Virus record (IMG/VR): IMGVR_UViG_3300028025_002039
Coordinates: 1-61,230 of that record
DNA: 61,230 nucleotides
Reading direction: 5' to 3' (one strand)
Origin: a virus
Taxonomy: Duplodnaviria > Caudoviricetes
Made by a program: the position numbers and the translations under genes. The stretch's first letter is position 1. Each line of letters opens with the position of its first letter. Shown piece by piece: positions 10,001 through 18,055 of this stretch. The notes beneath the pieces were generated by a model, which was not told the DNA's origin, made no database searches, and saw nothing but the letters and a program-made list of their open reading frames with translations.

Positions 10001-13000
10001 ACTTCAAGCAACAATTGCTGGTTTTGGAAACATGTCTCCAGAAGAACAGGCTGCTTATCAAGCAATGCAGCAACGACTCCAGACAGGTATGACTGTTGAC
10101 TGGAGCAGGTATCAGATTATGCACTCTGCTGTAAAGCCAAAAGAATACAAAAAGGGTGTAATCTCTGCTGGGTTTGCAAGTCCTAAAAACCCAATGGCAT
10201 TTGCTCAATCATTGCAAGCAATGAGCAATGAAGAAATTAAAAAGCAACTTCGTGTTCAGGATACTCACCTAGTAACAGCACTAGATATTAAAGACCCTAA
10301 ATTTTTGGCACAGGTTCAAAGAGTTTATCCTGGTGCTACAAAAGAAGAACTAGAACTATTTGAGCCAGTATCTAACCTAACTGCTCAACTTCCAGGAAAT
10401 GCAAACCAAGTTATGAAGGGAAAGAGTGGATATCCTGGTTCATTCTTTAGAACAGTTTGGGACGGACTTGAAAACAAGTTGTCAAAAACTGCTCAGATTG
10501 CTGGAGTATCGTTAAATGAATCACAGACAATAGAAAATGAAATTGGAAGTGTTATTGGTAGTTATCCAGAACTTATAAATGACACAACCATGGGCGACAT
10601 TATCGGACAGGTTCTTGGCTCTACAGCAAAAGTAACAGACGACGCAATGATGAAACGAAGAATGTGGGAGTTGTCAGAACGAGTTGCTGGTCTTCGTAGC
10701 AAACCTAAAAAGGCAAATCTAAAGCCAGGCGGTCTCGGTGGCGACGACGATGAAGGTGACGCTGGAACTACAGACATTATTCGTAAAATGTTGCAGGACG
10801 ATGCTTTGTATTGGGACAAGACAACCCTTAGAAGGAAACTTGCTTCAGGTGCGGAGGGACCACGTTTTGGTGGGGTAAACATTGACCAGTTCGGACACTC
10901 CTCTGGAAGTATTGAGGACATAGCAGCAAGAAGATTGGCACAGCAAACGCTACAAGAACTTATAGCAAATCCTAACATGCCTATGCCAAGACTTCCTAGA
11001 GCCTTCAGTCTTCCTGATAACTGGGACAAGACAAGTGCTGGTATGTCAGATGAACAGCAAATTGCACAACTAATATCAATGGCAAAGCAGGGTGCGGTCA
11101 AGGTATTAAATAATAATGACAATAACTTGGCAAAGAGAAAGCCAGGAAAACCTGCACCACTTTCATTTACAAAGCGTGATGCAGACGACAAGACATTTAA
11201 TATTGGCAAAGAAGCAAGCGGACAGGCTTACAACTCCTCAAGACTTAAGGGTTCTCCACTAAACTGGGCAGCAAATCAAACTAACGTCTTAGAGGCATAC
11301 AACGCAATGTCTCAACCATTTGAATCCTTCCAGCCAATCATTCCTCCAACAGCATCAGGTCTTAAATTCTTCAACGACCTAGCCCTAAAGATGGAAGAGG
11401 GTGGAATTGTTCCTGGTGCTAAGGCAAAGCCAAAGGCATCTGTATTCGACATTGACGACACACTGCTTGACCTATCATCTTTCATGGAGACCCACAAAGC
11501 AGAAAACGAAAAACTTCCAGAGGGTCAGAAGAAAAAGTGGTATAAGGAAGTTGCCAAAGACCCGAAGGGTATTCCAGCAGGTCTTGCTGCACTAAAGGCT
11601 GCTCAACTTCGTGGCAATAAGATTCTTCTTATGACTGCTCGTCCAGACTTCTACGAGCCATACACAATTGAGACCCTGCAAAAACTTGGTATCGATATGA
11701 ACGGTATTAAACTCATTGCAAGAAGAGATAAAGACTACCGTAAACCAGAGCAGATGAAATATGACAAAACTGCTGCGTTTATGAAGTACTATGATATTGA
11801 AGAGTTCTATGACGATATGCCTAAGACTCGTGGTGCAATTGGTCTACTTGGTATTCCAGCGTATGACCCTCTAAAACTTTCTAATGGCGTATTCTCAGTA
11901 CCAGGACCAAAGGGTGCTGGCGATGTTGTCCCTGCAATGCTTTCTCCAGGTGAGGCTGTAATCCCTGCTAAGTCAGCAGCAAAGAACCGCCCACTCATTC
12001 AGCAAATGATTTCTGGAAATGTTCCAGGATACGAGATTGGAAAGAATGACCCTGCTCCAGGAGAATCGCTTCCTAAGATTCCAGGTGTTTCAGGACCAAT
12101 TCCAGGTGTCACAGCACCACTACCAATAGTTCAGCAGGACGCAGGGAAAACAGAGAAATTCCTTGACGGAATTAAGAATGCTGTAAAGGAAGGTGCTAAA
12201 AAAGCAGTTTCTGTTATTGGAGAAAAAACTAAAGAAGCAGCCGAAACAGCACTAATTCCTTTTGTAAGATATTTAACTAATGATGAAGTTACTCTTACAG
12301 ACGAAAAGGGTAATACAAGATTTAATGCAGATACAAAAGAAACTCTTGACAAAGATGGTAACGTTGTTGCAAAACAGGTAGACCTTGAAAAACAAAAAGC
12401 AGACCTACTTGAAGAACAAAGAATTAGGGTTGAAGAAGAACTAGAGGCAACTGACCAAGAGTATGTAACTGAAAGAAGAAAAGTCGAACAACTTGAAATT
12501 AGATTGGCAAAGAATGAAGTCCTAAACGCCGAAGAACTTGCACAACTAGAAAATTCAAAAAGAATTCTTGAAGAAAAGAGAAATCTTGTTCGCAAAGAAA
12601 TGGGTTTTGAAAACGAAAAAGCCGCTAAAGAAAAGTCTGGCTTCTTTACTAGAACAAAGGGTACTGGAAATATTCAGGCAGCAGCCTATGGTTTAACCAC
12701 TGCCATGACTATGCTTTCAACAATTCCTGGTCAAATTGGAGAGACTGCACAAAAAGCACTTTTGCCACTTGGTTCATTCACAACTGCAATGTCTATTATT
12801 CCAGGTAAGGCTGGTATTCTGGTTGGTGTGTTTGCTGCCATGATAACTGCAGGAATTCAAATAAATGACCACCTAGTTAAGACAAGTCAAGAGAGTGCCA
12901 GACTTGCAAAAGCCATGGGTGCAGGAACCGAAGCAATTGGAAAGTTTGCTGAGTTTGCAAAAACTGTAAGCGGTACAGAGGCAATGAACAAGCAGCGTGA

Positions 13001-16000
13001 GCAAAGTGCTGGACAGTTCTTTAATGTTGTAGAAGGAAAAACAACATTCGGTGAATCTTACATGAAGTCCGATGCTGGTAAGCAACTTGTTAAAGATGTA
13101 AATGATTCAATTAAGCAAGGTGGCACAGGTGGTCTAGATGATGCAAAAACACTAATCACTAACCAACTCACTACTGCAATTGCAGCAGGAGTTATGACAC
13201 CAGGACAGGCTAGAAGTATTGCTGCAAATCTTGGTGCAGAGATGAAAGACATGCAGTTCGGTCTTGAGGTATCTGGAAGAATTACAGACCTAGTTGGACC
13301 AAAGGGGGAAGACCTCAAGAATGAGCCACTGCTTGTAAGAATGAGACTTGTTGAAGAAGCAGGTTCTCAATTTGAAAAGCAAGCAGGAGTTGCTAACAGC
13401 AAGGTTAACGCTGGAACTACCACAGGTGCAATTGCTGGCGGTGTTGGCACAGGCGTTGTTGCTGGTGGTGCAACATTACTAGGAGCAACAGCCATATCAG
13501 GTGCAGTTGCGTCAAGTGCCGCCCTTATGTCAACAGCAGTTGGTGCAACCATTGCATCTGGACCTTTTGCTCCTGTAACAGCAGCCATCGCAGCCATTAC
13601 CGTTGCAACAGTAATGATTGTAAACTACCAAACAGAAGTGGCAAAACAATCTGGTATCCTACAGGCTAACTTGGGCAACGTTCTTTCTGTCCAGCAACAA
13701 ATGGTTGACTCCTTAGAAATTGACTATCAAAAGAGAATTGCATCCGCAAAGGCTGCAGGAGATATTGCTGAAGCAACTAGATTGCAAAATCAATACCTAG
13801 AAGACCAAGCAAAACTTCTAGAGGTAAATGCAAAACAAACAGCAGAGATGTACGACATTCTTGACAAGCAGGGAACTGGTTTTGCAGGTATTGGAGATAT
13901 GCAAACAGCACTTGGAAATACAGCAAACGATGCAATCAAGAAGGCATTCGAAGGTACAGGTCAAGAGGTAGGTGCTCAACTAGCAACAGACACTATTAAT
14001 GCTATGTCAGCAAGCACTAACCAAAAGACAATGCTAAAGACTGCAGTTGCTCAAAAACTAATTGGCTTTGACCAAATTGGAACCGCTTCTGAAGTGTTTG
14101 GAAAAGACCAGGCAGGGGCAGACCAACTACAAAAACTTATAGAGCAAAGCCCAACAGAGGCAGGTAGAGCCTTGGGCTTGGCAACAAACCTTAAGGGCGA
14201 CCAGAAGAAACAGTTCCTCGTCGACATGAGCCTAAAGGACCCAATTGCTACAAAGCAAATGAACGATGCTCTTGAAATGGCTCAAAAGACTACTGGTGTA
14301 TTCTTTGGTCAGAAACAGGTTGCCGAAGCGGTAATGAAGTTTGCTGTAGAAAACCCAGAGCAGATGCTTCAGTTCAAGGCAAACATTGATGCACTAAAAG
14401 ACCAAAAGACAATTACTCTTGCAGTAGTTCAAAAAATTATGGGTCCAAGCATTTCTAAACTTCTTGGCGACAAAGGCGTTGCTAAATTCTTTACCAAGTA
14501 CAACAAAGAAAACAAGATTGTATTCTTGACAGAACTGCAACAGATTATGGCTATGAAGGGTGACCCAGAAATGATTGCCTCTTGGAACCTTTGGAACAAA
14601 GAGAATGGTCAGACAAAGAGTTTTGCTGAGTACGCTGCGTATCAGGCAGATAGAACTGTTACTACTCAGGGTGTAGACAATACTTTTGGTGCAGGTGAAA
14701 AGAAAGATTCTGGTGCTGGCAGTGGTCCACAAGCGTCTATCCTAGACCAGTTTGTTCAGATGGCTAGAGAGGGTTCTAACTTCCAGCAAAAACTAACTGT
14801 TGGATGGGACGCTTCTTACAAGGCTCTAAAGAACTACACAACAAAATCAATTAGCCTTATGGCTGGTTGGGCGGTACGTCTAAAACAGCAGGGTGTAGAT
14901 GCTAACATTATCGACATCTTTATGGGTGCTACTGAAGAAGAGCAAAACAAAATTCTAGATAAGAGAACTGGTAAGTTAAAGGCTGGTGCTTTTAAACTTC
15001 TAGAAGACATAAAGAAGATTAAGGACATGCGTGAATTTGGTCTTACTTATGTTCTTGCAAGTGACACAGAGAGAATGGCTAAAGACAATGAACTTTTCCA
15101 GGCTGGTCTTGACGTTATTGCTGGTAAAGAAAAGAAGATTAATGACAGATACGACAAGAGAATCAAGGCTCTTGATGAAATTGGAAAACTGCAAGAAAGA
15201 AACAACCAGCAACAGCAGGATACACTAACTATTGCAGACGCACTCTCTAAGGGTGACATTGCTGGTGCTGCTAGAGCGGCTCAAAAAGCAAGAGAAAATA
15301 TGCAAAGACAGGCTTTGGAAAATGCCAAGGCAAGTGTTGAAAAAGCACGTCAAGATGAACTAGCAGCAATCACTGTAAAGATTCTTGGCGAAAGCAAGAC
15401 AAGGGCACAAATAGAAGCAGATATGGTAGTCAATACTGAAAAGATTGCTGCAGCGAAACTTCTAGAAATGAACCGTCAAATTACAATTGGAAAGAATGCT
15501 GTTATTGCAGCAGACGCTGCTGCTAGACAACTTAAAAACAATAAGTTGATAAACCAACTTCCTGGATTTAATGGCTCTAGCAGTGGCAACGGAGGCAACG
15601 ACGGCGGAAAAGATGGCGGAAAGGATGGCAAAGATGATGGCAAAGATGGGGGCAAGGATGGCGGTTCAAAAACAAGTTCTGGTCTAAAAGGTGCAGTTCT
15701 TTCTTCATCTATGAGTGCTAGTGGTCAGAAGGCACAGATGGCTAAGGTTGACGCTGTTATTGCACAAAAGAATGATGGAACTGGTGCTGCAAAAGAAGCA
15801 TCACAGGCGTACTTTACTGCAAAGGCTAAGGCTGGACCAGAAATGAGTAACGCTGAAGCAGCAAAGAAATTTGGCGGAACAAACACACAAAAGTTTAAAG
15901 ACTGGCAAGCAAATCAAACAGCACTTGCAGCGGCACTCACAAAGGCAGAGAGTTTTGGAATTGTTTCGGGCGGCAAGGTTAAGACATCAGCAGACATCGA

Positions 16001-16913
16001 TGCTTTGACAGACAAACAAAAAAGAGGTATAACCAACTCTGCAGGAAATCAGGCAGTTGTAACTGAACTAATGAAACAGATTCCAGCAGAAATTGCAGAT
16101 AGGGCTGCAGTACTTAAAAATGCTGCAAAGAAATTTAAAAAAGACCAAACTGAACTAGATGGTTTAAAGACTTCACTTAAGACTGCAATGGGCAAGGTTT
16201 CTGGTGCATCAATGTCTACTCTTGCAGCAGATTATCAAAAATGGTTAAATAGTTCAGATGCCGCAAGACCATCTACAACTTTTGGAAAAATTATTGCTGC
16301 TGGCGGAGACCCAGAAGCATTTATGAAAAAGGCAACTGGAATTGCCAGATACTTTGTCACTGTAGACAAATACAGAAACGAACTAAGGGCTGGTGGCTAC
16401 ACCGACTCAAAACTTTATCAGGCAGGTCTTTTTGACTATAACTATGGAGACGATGGACAGACCACCAAACAGACTTCAGACTTTGCAACTGGTCAAATGT
16501 TTGTTGAGCGTGGTCCTTTTAAAGGTGGAACAATTGGATACGCTGCAAAAAACATTGTTCCAGATGGCGAAAACATAACTAGATTTAGTAATAAATACTA
16601 CGCTATGGGTGGAATGGTTTATGCAAACAGGGGTCTTGAGATTGCTGCAAGCAAGTATGCACTAGGAACAGACACTATTCCTGCTATGCTTACACCAGGC
16701 GAATTTGTTATGCAAAAGTCTGCGGTAGACTCAATTGGTGCAGACAGGCTTACCTCTATGAATAACGGAACATCAATGGGCGAATCCGTGTATAATTATA
16801 GTATTACAGTAAACGCTACAGGAAACGGTCTGGATGCCAATGACCTTGCTAGACAAGTCATGGAACAGATTAAACGAGTAGACTCACAAAGAATTAGGAG
16901 CAATAATTACTAA
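7089..16913 (+). CDS. Tape measure protein, 3274 aa, with embedded kinase-like and HAD phosphatase domains
   Basis: TP901-type TMP core (GINASEGANALKSGL); Ala/Gly-rich hydrophobic segments; coiled coils; C-terminal GTDTIPAMLTPGEFV motif. Confidence 0.92.
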   Translation: MADIETNVNINIDTSDALSQLKLLQQQISAFQQAMKNAGAANAQAAAQMQSNLVNSINATGKFRANIQTIKTTAESFTESLEKNKMSIGEYFRYAGGASKTFGKLFKSEFETINQVARERVKELQTQYIKLGRDANGAMKAISVRPLSLDMESLAVKTQLAAQRQQLFNQLMKQGSTQLLNFGKNTQWAGRQLMVGFTIPLTLMGSAAAKAYMEIEKASISFKRVYGDINTTAGETEKMVKQVQALASEFTKYGLAVADTMDMAAKAAAMGKTGVDLLAQIDQAAKLSVLGNVDQAQALETTISLTNAFRVSTDELASSVDFLNAVENQTVVSIEDLTIAIPKAAPVVQQLGGDVKDLTFFLTAMKEGGINASEGANALKSGLASMINPTKKASDFLATFGVNIQAIVEGNKGDIKQTVIDFARALDTLDPLNRARAIEQMFGKFQFSRLSTLFQNVIAEGSQATKVAGLANQTAEELAVLSERELKKVSDSPMFKFQKSIEQMQAKLAPVGEAFLKAVTPIIEFVTKILDGFNNLSSGTKSFITILVTAVAGIGPILLMTFGLIANGVANVMKLFTNMKSFINKTTKPSDMLGEQTEYMNTEQLKAAAVAASLDQAHAKLKQTFDAERGAIEQLTQAYRNAVNAQQAFTGVPGVPVGDANAMTPKKYAKGVSMVPGPKGAGDIVPALLSPGEAVIPAKHAQKYAPVIAGMVAGNLPGFENGTTGVGMRQSVYGPMTLKQTEGLARTGVQLKDISEEVMAGPYANVPPTDFGTQISPTSGHSFPAFEVGGIYQKPDGTKVFVKPQIDLTGAMAEVRGTEIARSVHGLVAPKQEIRVMMDPTDPERKRRFLVLESALDERIANVPTKFSNNEYFTQLVASLLRGDKDLGIGNLGGNILADVGPAGVFGRASGKRALGSAVNSMEEQAIINLLGVKGGAKRFFAEATAEQISKMTPGEYNAAMQAEMQRVAPKLQATIAGFGNMSPEEQAAYQAMQQRLQTGMTVDWSRYQIMHSAVKPKEYKKGVISAGFASPKNPMAFAQSLQAMSNEEIKKQLRVQDTHLVTALDIKDPKFLAQVQRVYPGATKEELELFEPVSNLTAQLPGNANQVMKGKSGYPGSFFRTVWDGLENKLSKTAQIAGVSLNESQTIENEIGSVIGSYPELINDTTMGDIIGQVLGSTAKVTDDAMMKRRMWELSERVAGLRSKPKKANLKPGGLGGDDDEGDAGTTDIIRKMLQDDALYWDKTTLRRKLASGAEGPRFGGVNIDQFGHSSGSIEDIAARRLAQQTLQELIANPNMPMPRLPRAFSLPDNWDKTSAGMSDEQQIAQLISMAKQGAVKVLNNNDNNLAKRKPGKPAPLSFTKRDADDKTFNIGKEASGQAYNSSRLKGSPLNWAANQTNVLEAYNAMSQPFESFQPIIPPTASGLKFFNDLALKMEEGGIVPGAKAKPKASVFDIDDTLLDLSSFMETHKAENEKLPEGQKKKWYKEVAKDPKGIPAGLAALKAAQLRGNKILLMTARPDFYEPYTIETLQKLGIDMNGIKLIARRDKDYRKPEQMKYDKTAAFMKYYDIEEFYDDMPKTRGAIGLLGIPAYDPLKLSNGVFSVPGPKGAGDVVPAMLSPGEAVIPAKSAAKNRPLIQQMISGNVPGYEIGKNDPAPGESLPKIPGVSGPIPGVTAPLPIVQQDAGKTEKFLDGIKNAVKEGAKKAVSVIGEKTKEAAETALIPFVRYLTNDEVTLTDEKGNTRFNADTKETLDKDGNVVAKQVDLEKQKADLLEEQRIRVEEELEATDQEYVTERRKVEQLEIRLAKNEVLNAEELAQLENSKRILEEKRNLVRKEMGFENEKAAKEKSGFFTRTKGTGNIQAAAYGLTTAMTMLSTIPGQIGETAQKALLPLGSFTTAMSIIPGKAGILVGVFAAMITAGIQINDHLVKTSQESARLAKAMGAGTEAIGKFAEFAKTVSGTEAMNKQREQSAGQFFNVVEGKTTFGESYMKSDAGKQLVKDVNDSIKQGGTGGLDDAKTLITNQLTTAIAAGVMTPGQARSIAANLGAEMKDMQFGLEVSGRITDLVGPKGEDLKNEPLLVRMRLVEEAGSQFEKQAGVANSKVNAGTTTGAIAGGVGTGVVAGGATLLGATAISGAVASSAALMSTAVGATIASGPFAPVTAAIAAITVATVMIVNYQTEVAKQSGILQANLGNVLSVQQQMVDSLEIDYQKRIASAKAAGDIAEATRLQNQYLEDQAKLLEVNAKQTAEMYDILDKQGTGFAGIGDMQTALGNTANDAIKKAFEGTGQEVGAQLATDTINAMSASTNQKTMLKTAVAQKLIGFDQIGTASEVFGKDQAGADQLQKLIEQSPTEAGRALGLATNLKGDQKKQFLVDMSLKDPIATKQMNDALEMAQKTTGVFFGQKQVAEAVMKFAVENPEQMLQFKANIDALKDQKTITLAVVQKIMGPSISKLLGDKGVAKFFTKYNKENKIVFLTELQQIMAMKGDPEMIASWNLWNKENGQTKSFAEYAAYQADRTVTTQGVDNTFGAGEKKDSGAGSGPQASILDQFVQMAREGSNFQQKLTVGWDASYKALKNYTTKSISLMAGWAVRLKQQGVDANIIDIFMGATEEEQNKILDKRTGKLKAGAFKLLEDIKKIKDMREFGLTYVLASDTERMAKDNELFQAGLDVIAGKEKKINDRYDKRIKALDEIGKLQERNNQQQQDTLTIADALSKGDIAGAARAAQKARENMQRQALENAKASVEKARQDELAAITVKILGESKTRAQIEADMVVNTEKIAAAKLLEMNRQITIGKNAVIAADAAARQLKNNKLINQLPGFNGSSSGNGGNDGGKDGGKDGKDDGKDGGKDGGSKTSSGLKGAVLSSSMSASGQKAQMAKVDAVIAQKNDGTGAAKEASQAYFTAKAKAGPEMSNAEAAKKFGGTNTQKFKDWQANQTALAAALTKAESFGIVSGGKVKTSADIDALTDKQKRGITNSAGNQAVVTELMKQIPAEIADRAAVLKNAAKKFKKDQTELDGLKTSLKTAMGKVSGASMSTLAADYQKWLNSSDAARPSTTFGKIIAAGGDPEAFMKKATGIARYFVTVDKYRNELRAGGYTDSKLYQAGLFDYNYGDDGQTTKQTSDFATGQMFVERGPFKGGTIGYAAKNIVPDGENITRFSNKYYAMGGMVYANRGLEIAASKYALGTDTIPAMLTPGEFVMQKSAVDSIGADRLTSMNNGTSMGESVYNYSITVNATGNGLDANDLARQVMEQIKRVDSQRIRSNNY
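9087..12041 (+). repeat. Intragenic direct repeat of ~55 aa (9087-9254 and 11874-12041); third degenerate copy near 16653-16770
   Basis: VPGPKGAGDIVPALLSPGEAVIPAK vs VPGPKGAGDVVPAMLSPGEAVIPAK; DNA differences are mostly synonymous. Confidence 0.9.
15585..15665 (+). repeat. Low-complexity GGKD tandem repeat in the TMP
   Basis: GNGGNDGGKDGGKDGKDDGKDGGKDGG. Confidence 0.85.
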
Positions 16914-18055
16914 TGACTAAAGCAGCATACATGGCTCAAAGAGCACCATACAATCGTCCACAAGCAATGCTGTGGGCTGATAACTCTGGCTCGTTAGTAG
17001 CATACCCTAGTTCAATCAATATGATTACTAATTCTAATTTTGAAACAGATACTACAGGTGCGGCAGTAGCAGGATGGACCAATACCGCTGGGGTAACAAA
17101 CGTTAAATCAATTGCACAATATAACGTGGGTGCGGCATCTTGTGCAATCACTTTACCAGCAACAGCATTTAGCGGTATCTACACCACAACCAGAGTATCC
17201 CTAGAGACAAACAATACATATACTTTTTCTGCATACGTCAAAGATGATGCCACCAACCCAACTGCAGTTAACTGGAGATTGGCAGCAGTTCTATACAACG
17301 CCTCAACTGGTGGCTCTGCATATGCAACAACATTCACCTCAGCCGTAGCAACACCGACAACATCTTCTTGGACCAGATACTCTGTTACCTTTATTGTTCC
17401 TACTGGATACACATACGCCCAACTCTATGTTCAGTCAGGTAGCACAGCACCACTAGCAAACAAGGTAGCCTATGTAGATGGAATTCTTCTACAAGAAGGC
17501 TCTGCCCTAAATGCTTATGTAGATGGAACAACATCCGCATCATACTTCTATGCACCAACTGGTTATGAAGTGTATGACTCAACAGCAGGAGACAACTTCC
17601 TAATTATCTCTGACCACAACCGTGCAGCACTTGACTTTAAAACAGAGCGTATTGAGAAGCGTGAGCGTATGATTAATGGACGTATGCGTTCATATCACGT
17701 TGCAGACAAACTAACTGTATCAACTTCCTGGAGCAATCTTCCGTCTCGCTCATTTGCTACAGACCCTGCCTATGACCCTGCAACAGGAACAACCTTGGCA
17801 TCAACACAGTACACTGTAGATGGTGGTGCTGGAGGTGCAGATTTGCTAAAGTGGTACGAAGACCACAAGGGTCCATTCTGGGTCTATCTTTCTTACGACA
17901 ACCCAAATAACTTTGCAACGGATAGGTACAACCACCTTGACCAATATAGCGAAGTTATTGAAATGTATATCTCAGACTTTAGTTGGACTGTAGAAAAACG
18001 TGGCGGTAGAAACTATGACTTTTGGAATGTTAACGTCACCTTGGAAGAGGTATAA
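16913..18055 (+). CDS. Distal tail (Dit)-like protein with a carbohydrate-binding insertion
   Basis: Directly after the TMP; insert NMITNSNFETDT...YVDGILLQEG resembles CBM4/9-like domains. Confidence 0.65.
   Translation: MTKAAYMAQRAPYNRPQAMLWADNSGSLVAYPSSINMITNSNFETDTTGAAVAGWTNTAGVTNVKSIAQYNVGAASCAITLPATAFSGIYTTTRVSLETNNTYTFSAYVKDDATNPTAVNWRLAAVLYNASTGGSAYATTFTSAVATPTTSSWTRYSVTFIVPTGYTYAQLYVQSGSTAPLANKVAYVDGILLQEGSALNAYVDGTTSASYFYAPTGYEVYDSTAGDNFLIISDHNRAALDFKTERIEKRERMINGRMRSYHVADKLTVSTSWSNLPSRSFATDPAYDPATGTTLASTQYTVDGGAGGADLLKWYEDHKGPFWVYLSYDNPNNFATDRYNHLDQYSEVIEMYISDFSWTVEKRGGRNYDFWNVNVTLEEV

Noticed and set aside
9087-12041. Intein or intron explaining the TMP insertion
   Set aside because: The frame is continuous, with no C/S...HN intein termini and no LAGLIDADG motifs
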